Assembly (NCBI RefSeq): GCF_009914755.1
Contig: NC_060945.1
Source: the human T2T-CHM13v2.0 reference genome, Homo sapiens
Length of the DNA: 64,000 nucleotides
Reading direction: 5' to 3' (one strand)
Of the stretch, positions 53,300-64,000 are shown one piece after another (positions within the stretch are counted from its first letter, which is position 1; each line of letters opens with the position of its first letter). A program made the position numbers and the translations under genes. The notes below the pieces were generated by a model that had not been told where the DNA came from, did not search any database, and saw nothing but the letters and a program-made list of their open reading frames with translations.

Positions 53300-53703
53300 C
53301 TGGGAGACTGTAGGAGAATGAAGGAACCCTAGGTGGCAGCGGCTGAGCTCATGGTCCGCTGACGACATTGCCTGGGGTGGGAAGGAAGCCCAGCCAGCCC
53401 AGGCAGCCATGGGCCAGCCATGGGTCTCAGAGGGAGAACAGAGGCCTCCCGCCACCAGCAGCACTAGTGTGCCAGCCACGTGCCTGGACCTGGACCCTGC
53501 AGCCCTGGGGAGGCTCTCGGATGACAGTGGCCCCAGAGGCATCCAACTGCAGCCTCATGAGAGCCCTGTGCCCCAGCGCCCAGCTAAGCTGTGCTGGATT
53601 TCCTGGCTCAGAGGAACTGTGAGGATAAGGAAGGTTTATTGTAGGTTGTTGTGAGCCATTAAACTTGGGGTGCTTTGTTAGGACACAATGGATAGCAAAT
53701 ACA
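53300..53703 (+). mobile_element. MLT1F-like MaLR LTR
   Basis: actgcagcctcatgagagccctg...cccagctaagctg...gaggaactgtgag...atggatagcaaataca. Confidence 0.7.
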
Positions 53704-53799
53704 CCACTGACCGGTTAGGAGCCCCCAAACTGGGGAGAAAGTCTCACAGGGGAGCCTGTGCTCACAGGGACGGAGTCAGCCTCACACACAGACACATTT

Positions 53800-54240
53800 T
53801 GTTATGGGTTGAATGGTGTCCCCTCCCCCCAAAAAAGGACGCACTGAAGCCCTACACCCCCATACCTGTGTGTGTGACCCTACTTGGAAATAAGGTCTTT
53901 GCAGATTTAATCACGTTAAATCAAGTTCATTAGGATGGGCTGTAATCCAATGTGACTGTGTCATCACCAAAAGGGGAAATGTGGACACAGACACAGACCC
54001 ACAAGGAGGAGGCCACATGAAGATGGAGGCAGAGACTGGAGTGATGCACAGGCCAGGGGACACTGGGGGCTGCTGGGAGCTGGGAGAGGCGGGAGGGATC
54101 CTCCCCAGAGCCTCTGGAGGGGGCACGGCCCCACCCACACCTTGATCTGGGACTTCTGGCTCCAGATCTGTGAGAGAACCTCTGTTCTTAGCCATCAGTT
54201 TTGTGGAACAGTGTTGCAGCAGCCCCAGAAAACGAATGCA
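53800..54240 (+). mobile_element. MLT1B/C MaLR LTR
   Basis: tgttatgggttgaatggtgtcccc...ttggaaataaggtctttgcagat...gaagatggaggcagagactggagtgatgc. Confidence 0.85.
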
Positions 54241-54269
54241 GATTTCTGCACCTTTTAAGAGCAAAGACA

Positions 54270-54570
<301 letters not shown>

Positions 54571-55427
54571 AGACAATCAAAACACAGCTCAAGTGAGCAG
54601 CATTTGTACTGAATCAATTGGCCTCTGTTTAGTACTATTAATTAGACAAGAAAAAAGGGAGTTGTCTTTGTGTACCACTGGGGGTTTGCAGTTTTTAGAT
54701 AATAAGTTTATTTTAAGTAACTATGATTTTCATTTTCTTTCAGTGTTCAGGTAGCCACAACTTGACCATGGGGACCCCTTGAACTGGCACGACCTCCCGT
54801 CCGCACCCAAGTCCCCACCAGCCTGTCCCTCTGATGGTTCTGGGCTGGGTGTGGCAGGGAAAGGGCAGAAGTGAGACTTTGACCTGGTGGGTGCACACGC
54901 CTAGGTGTAAATCTAGCTCCAACATCTTACATGAGAATGAATTGAATTCAGATTCTTTAATGGCTCACCCTGGAGTTTTATCCCTCCTGGTAATAATTTC
55001 ATGACCAACACAATTCTTTGTTTAGCTGAGTATTTTGATTCTGGTGAGCATCATTTCATGTGTGTGGTGTTGTCAACAGCCACAGGTGAGTCTAAAATAA
55101 TAGCACAGGGTCTTGTGACGGTGCTGGGAACCTCTCCGCTCATACTGGCCCGCATGTCTTCGGACGGGAGTCGCAGCGCAAGCTTGCAGGTGGTCATTGC
55201 TGGGAGTGTTAAGGCAATACAGGTCTCTGAGAAGAGAGAAAAAGGTGTCTTTATATTCAGAATAGTCAGGGAACAGCGCTGGTGTTTACAGCTGATGTGA
55301 AGTGACCAACACAGAGAAGAAACAGACACGCCCAGGTCAAGGGAATTTGTCTTTAACATATTTTTTTTAAATAACCCACAATTTGGTGTTGAATTCTAAT
55401 TTTTAAAAGACACTCAGGTATTTATTT

Positions 55428-55712
55428 ATTTGAGACGGAGTCTCGCTCTGTCGCCCAGGCTGGAGTGCAGTGGTGCAATCTTGGCTCACTGCAAGCTCCG
55501 CCTCACGGGTTCACGCCATTCTCCTGCCTCAGCCTCCTGAGTAGCTGGGACTACAGGTGCCAGCCATCATGCCTGGCTGATTTTTTGTATTTTTAGTAGA
55601 GATGGGGTTTCACCGTGTTAGCCAGGATGCTCTCGATCTCCTGACCTCATGATCCGCCCGCCTCCGCCTCCCAAAGTGCTGGGATTACAGGTGTGAGCCA
55701 CCGTGCCCGGCC
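55428..55712 (-). mobile_element. AluY
   Basis: Y diagnostics gcaagctccgcc, ttcacgccattctcc, ccgtgttagccaggatg; TSD aggtatttattt 55416-55427 / 55713-55724. Confidence 0.95.
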
Positions 55713-56154
55713 AGGTATTTATTTCTTAATGCCCTATTCCTACAAAGTGCAAAGGCCATTTGAGAATGTCAGAAACTATAATGAAATAAGATCAAAATAC
55801 AATAGCTTTCCACATGGATATTATTAGAGATGCTTGCCCTTAAATTTCACCCTGCAATTCAGGTTAAGGAGCAATTTTATAGGCCTTTATAACATTATGA
55901 TATAATCAATGCTTCTATAAAATCCCGTTTATGAACGACAAGGGACCCATCGTGTGTGTCAGAGTCACTCACAAAACGTTTAATGAGCTGTTCAGGTAAT
56001 GACATGACCCAACAGGGGATTTCCAAAACGCCCAGTCTTTCAAAAACGATATGAAAATCTCCAAATCGGACATTTAAAATGATTCATATTATTATTAGGA
56101 AAAGCATATAAGATGTATTAAAGAAGAAGCATGGTTTGGCTCCTTTTTAAACAT

Positions 56155-56385
56155 TTTAATTAGTGGACTTTGTTACTTAGAGCAGTTTTAGGTTTACAGA
56201 AAAACTGAGTCTCAGGTCCAGGGAGCCCCAGTGTCTCGGCTCCCCTGCGACTGACATCCTGCTTCCTGTGCTGCGTTTGTTACAATTATCAGTCGCGCGA
56301 ACACACGGCTCACATTAGGGCTCACTCCTTGCGTCGAACATTTTATGGGTTTTGACAAGTGTGTCATGACATGGATCCACTAGTT
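56155..56385 (-). mobile_element. L1MC/MD 3' end fragment
   Basis: ttagagcagttttaggtttacagaaaaactgag...tatgggttttgacaagtgtg. Confidence 0.7.
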
Positions 56386-56742
56386 GTGGTCCCTTTTATC
56401 AGGTTAAAAATAAAACGGGGCCTTGCAGAGATTTAAATGTGGTAGTAATCACCTTTGTTATATTTTTCCTTCTGAAAATATTAGCCTTGGAAGGAAATGT
56501 TTTAACAACTAGCCACTGTTCTGTGTCTGGGCACATGTCCATAGTGAGCGTATTCTCTTATCTGCTTCATGCTGTTGCCAATTTACAGACCAGTCGCTCA
56601 GAAGCTGTGATTTTTCTTCTGAGCATAAGCTTATCCTCAATATGGAAACTTTAATTCAAAATACAGTTTGGTCTCATAGGAGCATTGTAGTCTTGCTGGC
56701 TGGAATTCACGTGGAGACCGATGCCAGTGCCTCTTTCCTCTG

Positions 56743-57719
56743 CATCCATCCATCCATCCATCCATCCATCCATCCACCCACCCACCCATCCATCCATCCA
56801 TCCATCCATCCATCCATCCACCCACCCGTCCATCCATCCATCCATCCGCCCACCCGTCCATCTATCCACCCATCCATCCACCCACCCGTCCATCTATCCA
56901 CCCATCCATCCACCCACCCGTCCATCCATCCACCCATCCATCCATCTATTTATCCATCCATCCATCTATCCACCCACCCATCCATCCATCCACCCATCCA
57001 TCCATCCATCCACCCATCCACCCGTCCATCCATCCATCCATCCACCCACTCGTCCATCCATCCATCCATCCATCCATCCATCCATCCATCCACCCACCCA
57101 CCCGTCCATCCATCCACCCATCCATCCATCTATCCACCCACCCGTCCATCCATCCACCCACGCGTCCATCCATCCATCCATCCACCCACCCATCCATCCA
57201 TCCACCCACCCGTCCATCCATCCACCCATCCATCCATCCATCCACCCATCCATCCATCCATCCGTCCATCCACCCACCCATCCGTCCATCCACCCACCCA
57301 CCCGTCCATCCATCCATCCATCCATCCACCCATCCATCCATCCATCCATCCATCCACCCACCCGTCCATCCATCCACCCACCCGTCCATCCATCCACCCA
57401 TCCATCCATCTATCCACCCATCCATCCATCTATCCACCCACCCGTCCATCCATCCACCCACCCGTCCATCCATCCACCCATCCATCCATCCATCCATCCA
57501 CCCATCCACCCGTCCATCCATCCATCCACCCACTCGTCCATCCATCCATCCATCCACCCACCCGTCCATCCATCCACCCACCCGTCCATCCATCCATCCA
57601 CCCATCCATCTATCCATCCATCCATCCATCCATCCATCCATCCATCCATCCATCTATCCATCCATCCATCTATTTATCCATCCATCCATCTATTTATGCA
57701 TCCGTCCATCCATCCATCC
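56743..57719. repeat. Imperfect (CCAT)n array, ~975 bp
   Basis: ccat/ccac/ccgt tetramer iterations. Confidence 0.97.
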
Positions 57720-59390
57720 CTCCGTTTGCTCATTTCCACCCAGGAATCCATCATCTCTCAAACTAAGGTTTCGACATCATTCCTTCTTTTCAGAAAGTGC
57801 AAACCAAAGCTAAGACTGGCTCACACATGCCACGCGGGAGTTAGAGTGAGAGCATTTTTCAGATCCTTGTTCTCTTCTGGCCCCACCTCCCGCAGTTTCT
57901 GGAAGTCCCAGGACAGGGAAAAGGAGAGAAAGGCAGAAAAGAAATTATCGAGTGTGGCTCTTCCCTCTCCTCAGAGGAAATTGTTCACCTGCCACCCTCG
58001 GAAATTTAATTTTCAGTGTTAAAACTTGAAATTTTATAGTAGTATGTGTACCAAAGTTATAAAATGGGCAAACTTGTCTAAACGAGGATTCCTACATTGT
58101 TATGACATTTTCCCCAGAGAATCACAAGCTCTGAGATACACTTGTGAACCTTACTTATGCAGACATTCTCTTAAACTGGGATTCTTTCTCTCAGTTTACC
58201 TTAGGCTAACACAGAAACATATTTTGACACAGAAAGAATTTTTTCTCTTCATTGCTCAAGTCACCTGGAGGCAGCTCCTGCCTGGGGTGGATGCCTCCGA
58301 CCCCTGGGAATGACCCCTGCAGCCACCACTGAGCCCCCCACAGAAGGAGGCTCGTGCCTGGTCCAGCTTTCCCACCCGGGGTCTCTGTGGCTGGCTCCCC
58401 CCAGCTCGGGGCAGAAGCCTAATTCAGGGTTGTTCTGCTCAGTTGATCCAGTCGGACGCTAGGATTTGCCTGGGGGCCCGGCCTGCCAGCAGTACAGGTG
58501 AGGGGACGCAGGCTTGGTCACAAGCACCCCTGCTGACCTTCCCTACAGACCTGGCACATTTAATCTTCTTCTTTGGGGAGGAGAAGAGGATGCATTCAGA
58601 AATGCCTTTGCTGATGAGGCCCTCAGGAGCTTGTACTGGAATCACTCAAAATTCCCAAGTAGCCTGAGTGTCCTAATTCATTTCTGTGTACATCTGCCTA
58701 ATTCTCAATCCACGTCTAAGGTTAGAATGAACATTTGAATTAGCCATTCTGGACAACACACACACGCACTATACCATGCATTTAGATCTCTCTGTACCTT
58801 GCTCGTGTCAGCACAAACGCAGCCCCTCTCTTTTCAAAAGCCCGGTTCGTTTTCCAGCAGGCGCGTGCTTTCATTAGACTTTCCCTCCTGTGGGTTCTGG
58901 CAGATTTCCCAACACAAGCACGGCAGGAAGTGCATTGTGTTTGTAGAAAATCCAAAATAATCTCTAGGTGAGTGTTAGGATGAAAAATGAATTTAGTGTT
59001 GGTACAGGTTTTTGCTTGTTGTACTTTTTGTGGGGGAGGGTGATAAAAATATTCCAAAATTGATTGCGATGATGGTTGTGCAATTCTGTGAATATACTAA
59101 CAAGCACTGAACTCTATACTGCAAACAGGTGAACTGTATGGTATGTGAATTATATTTTAATAAAGCTGTTATTTTTAAAAAGTAAATTTAGCAACAACAC
59201 TGGATACAAGCTAAATATACAAAAATTAATTATCTTTATACAGACCAGCAACTAATAATTAGAAAATGAGCATTTTTAAATGATACCATTTTGGTAGTAT
59301 CAAAACCCATCAATTACCTAGTAACTGTTCAGTAAAATATTCCAAAAACAGCAAAACATTGACTAAGGTACATTAAAGAAGATTTAAATA

Positions 59391-59680
<290 letters not shown>

Positions 59681-59955
59681 TTAAATAAAGGAAGGGATAT
59701 GATATGTTTATGGATTAAAAGCAAGTTAAAAACAAGTTAACAAACACAACAATTGATCTATAAATTCCATGTAATCACCATTAAAATCCAGGCCAAAGTG
59801 TGTGAGTGTGTGTGTGTTGCGGGTTGGGGGTTGCCAAGCTAAAGTTTACGTGGGAATGGACGGGGCAAGAACAGCAAGACGACCTTGAGGACGACCAAAG
59901 CGAGGGACTCGGCCCCCAGGTGCCAGTGCCCACCACAAAGCTATAGGAGTCCAGG

Positions 59956-60170
59956 CCAGGCCACACAGCGGTCAGTGAAGTGGGATGGAAGGTCCAGACC
60001 AGGCCACACAGCGGTCAGTGAAGTGGGATGGAAGGTCCAGACCAGGCCACACAGCGGTCAGTGAAGTGGGATGGAAGGTCCAGACCAGGCCACACAGTGG
60101 TCAGTGAAGTGGGATGGAAGGTCCAGACCAGGCCACACAGCGGTCAGTGAAGTGGGATGGAAGGTCCAGA
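59956..60170. repeat. 43-bp minisatellite x5
   Basis: ccaggccacacagcggtcagtgaagtgggatggaaggtccaga. Confidence 0.97.
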
Positions 60171-60680
60171 AACACGCACATGGGACACTTGATCCACAAC
60201 AGATTCAGGATTGCAGACCAGGGGCACGGGGAACCTCTTTACTCGTGGTACCAGCTCAGTTGCAGATGCATACGGAACGCAGGAAGCCGGGGCCCCACGT
60301 TCCCCCATATGCAGTCTGCAAATGCAAACACGGAGGCTGAAACAAACACGTCTGGAAGAAATCACAGGGGAGCATCTCCCCTGCTGTGCCCAGGATCCAC
60401 GGGTGAGCAAGACAGGGTCCCTGTCCGGATGGGGTTTCATTTGGGGGTGCGGAGGGGGTGCAGAACCAAAAAAAAACCAAGCAAGCGAGTGAAACAGGGA
60501 GCTCGGAAGTGGGCGCTCGCATAGGCCAAGGTGGGGAAGGCTGGCAGGCACGTGTGTGTGCAAGGACACCAAATGTTGATCTGCAGAGCAAAGCTGGGCA
60601 ACAGCAACCACATTAACCAATAGACGTCGGCTTATCCAGGCCATGGGACGATGTGTAGCTGTTAACATAAAGGTCTATCT

Positions 60681-61316
<636 letters not shown>

Positions 61317-62114
61317 TCAGACAGAGCCTGTGGCAGAGGCCATGGAGGATTTTCTGGTGGCCACAGACTGTCCTGTGGAATTCCAGCTCGTCGTTGGTCA
61401 ATGGGATGAAGTTTGGCTTTAGAGGTGGATGAGACAAGTTGGGCTCTACCCAGAGCAAACTAAAGCTGCTCCTGGTCAACAAACACCAGCTTAGCTGGCC
61501 CAACCGATGCCTCGGCCCCGGACACACAGCTGGGGGGAGGCCGGGTGAGGAGACTCTGTCCGTGGGATTCCACCTGCCCCGTGGGAGTGAGAGCACAGGC
61601 ATCGCTCACGGCGCTGCAGACCATGTCCACCACAGTGCAGCGCAGCCCTCTAGGCTGCGCCCACATTGCCCAGGCTCCGCTCGGCCTCATCCTCGATTTC
61701 AGGCCTCTGTGACTTACCCTTGGGGCCCAGCATAGCACAGACACTATGTCTGTTTAAATAGGAGAGCATAGAAAAGCCGAGTCCCTGCAAGGGACAACCG
61801 GCTTGAGATGACAGTCAGGGTCTCAGGCGAGACGGCCTCCAGCCGCCTTCAGAGCAGGTGCCTATCAGCGGGGCCACGTGGTGGTTTCACAGTGCCTTGG
61901 TCCCCAGTGCCGAACCTGCCCCCTTGCCCGAAAGCCGGGCTAAGCCAAGCAGCTGTGGTTGACGGTTTTGCCTCAGGAATTGTGTGTGTAATTTAGCGAC
62001 AAAACAAAGCAGGCACAAGGAAGACTCAAACAGGGAGGTCCCTGAAGATGGGAGACAAATGACCAATGGACAGAATTTCATGTCCTATTGGTGGCCTAAC
62101 AGCTTGGAGAAGCA

Positions 62115-64000
62115 TTCCAACTGGATTTTCAACACAAGGAATTGGTTAGACGTCCCTGGCGGGGTGTGTCTCTTCCAGCTGGATTTTCAACACAGGGAAT
62201 TGGTAACACGTCCCTGGCGGGGTGTGTCGCTTCCAGCTGGATTTTCAACACAGGGAATTGGTTAGACGTCCCTGGCGGGGTGTGTCGCTTCCAGCTGGAT
62301 TTTCAACACAGGGAATTGGTTAGACGTCCCTGGCGGGGTGTGTCGCTTCCAGCTGGATTTTCAACACAGGGAATTGGTAACACGTCCCTGGCGGGGTGTG
62401 TCGCTTCCAGCTGGATTTTCAACACAAGGAATTGGTTAGACGTCCCTGGCGGGGTGTGTCACTTCCCACTGGATTTTCAACGCAGGGAATTGGTTACACG
62501 TCCCTGGCGGGGTGTGTCGCTTCCAGCTGGATTTTCAACACAGGGAATTGGTTAGACGTCCCTGGCGGGGTGTGTCGCTTCCCACTGGATTTTCAACACA
62601 GGGAATTGGTTAGACGTCCCTGGCGGGGTGTGTCGCTTCCCACTGGATTTTCAACGCAGGGAATTGGTTACACGTCCCTGGCGGGGTGTGTCGCTTCCAG
62701 CTGGATTTTCAACGCAGGGAATTGGTTAGACGTCCCTGGCGGGGTGTGTCGCTTCCAGCTGGATTTTCAACACAGGGAATTGGTTAGACGTCCCTGGCGG
62801 GGTGTGTCGCTTCCAGCTGGATTTTCAACACAGGGAATTGGTTAGACGTCCCTGGCGGGGTGTGTCGCTTCCCCCTGGATTTTCAACGCAGGGAATTGGT
62901 TAGACGTCCCTGGCGGGGTGTGTCGCTTCCCACTGGATTTTCAACGCAGGGAATTGGTTACACGTCCCTGGCGGGGTGTGTCGCTTCCAGCTGGATTTTC
63001 AACGCAGGGAATTGGTTAGACGTCCCTGGCGGGGTGTGTCGCTTCCAGCTGGATTTTCAACACAGGGAATTGGTTAGACGTCCCTGGCGGGGTGTGTCGC
63101 TTCCAGCTGGATTTTCAACACAGGGAATTGGTTAGACGTCCCTGGCGGGGTGTGTCGCTTCCCCCTGGATTTTCAACGCAGGGAATTGGTTACACGTCCC
63201 TGGCGGGGTGTGTCGCTTCCCACTGGATTTTCAACACAGGGAATTGGTTAGACGTCCCTGGCGGGGTGTGTCGCTTCCAGCTGGATTTTCAACACAGGGA
63301 ATTGGTAACACGTCCCTGGCGGGGTGTGTCGCTTCCCACTGGATTTTCAACACAGGGAATTGGTTAGACGTCCCTGGCGGGGTGTGTCGCTTCCCACTGG
63401 ATTTTCAATGCAGGGAATTGGTTAGACGTCCCTGGCGGGGTGTGTTGCTTCCAGCTGGATTTTCAACACAGGGAATTGGTTAGACGTCCCTGGCGGGGTG
63501 TGTCGCTTCCAGCTGGATTTTCAACACAGGGAATTGGTTAGACGTCCCTGGCGGGGTGTGTCGCTTCCAGCTGGATTTTCAACACAGGGAATTGGTTAGA
63601 CGTCCCTGGCGGGGTGTGTCGCTTCCAGCTGGATTTTCAACACAGGGAATTGGTTAGACGTCCCTGGAGGGGTGTGTCGCTTCCAGCTGGATTTTCAACA
63701 CAGGGAATTGGTTACACGTCCCTGGCGGGGTGTGTCGCTTCCAGCTGGATTTTCAACACAGGGAATTGGTTAGACGTCCCTGGCGGGGTGTGTCGCTTCC
63801 AGCTGGATTTTCAACACAGGGAATTGGTTAGACGTCCCTGGCGGGGTGTGTCGCTTCCAGCTGGATTTTCAACACAGGGAATTGGTTAGACGTCCCTGGC
63901 GGGGTGTGTCGCTTCCAGCTGGATTTTCAACACAGGGAATTGGTTAGACGTCCCTGGCGGGGTGTGTCGCTTCCAGCTGGATTTTCAACACAGGGAATTG
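62115..64000. repeat. 58-bp VNTR, >=32.5 copies, runs off the window
   Basis: Unit ttccagctggattttcaacacagggaattggttagacgtccctggcggggtgtgtcgc; exact 58-nt period from 62115 to 63971. Confidence 0.99.

Larger units (their letters stand above)
54690..58200 (-). ncRNA. LINC00316: Possible minus-strand spliced lncRNA; terminal exon ~55226 to ~54690
   Basis: Name recalled only. Minus-strand acceptor cctttttctctcttctcag at 55245-55227, AATAAA at 54712-54707 with U-rich downstream element; candidate donors near 57987 and 58199. Confidence 0.3.

Noticed and set aside
56642-58022. 374-433-aa His/Pro/Ser/Ile ORFs
   Set aside because: Translations of (CCAT)n, open in several frames
62115-64000. CRISPR-like regular array
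   Set aside because: Head-to-tail units with no unique spacers, no cas genes, and a human context. The same applies to the 43-, 45- and 46-bp arrays

Overview
Primate (almost certainly human) genomic DNA, not prokaryotic. The left end holds exons 1-2 of POFUT2 (protein O-fucosyltransferase 2, minus strand), recognised from the translated sequence and exact GT-AG boundaries. From memory this places the window in distal 21q22.3. A CpG-island bidirectional promoter (~2.7-4.8 kb) follows, with a probable divergent plus-strand lncRNA (LINC00205, name recalled). The remaining ~55 kb is GC-rich non-coding DNA with Alu, L1, L2, MIR, MaLR/ERV LTR and hAT elements and many minisatellites, ending in a very homogeneous 58-bp VNTR (>=32 copies). 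I found no second protein-coding gene, tRNA/rRNA, CRISPR array or new gene system. Repeat subfamily names come from remembered consensus sequences and need RepeatMasker/Dfam confirmation. Best leads: (1) a composite insertion inside an MLT2 LTR built from nearby sequence, plus three other template-switch-like scars; (2) a candidate in-frame 84-nt cassette exon and a VNTR made of 3' splice-site modules in POFUT2 intron 2; (3) VNTRs that multiply transcription-factor motifs; (4) a 5'-inverted L1PA with intact TSDs.
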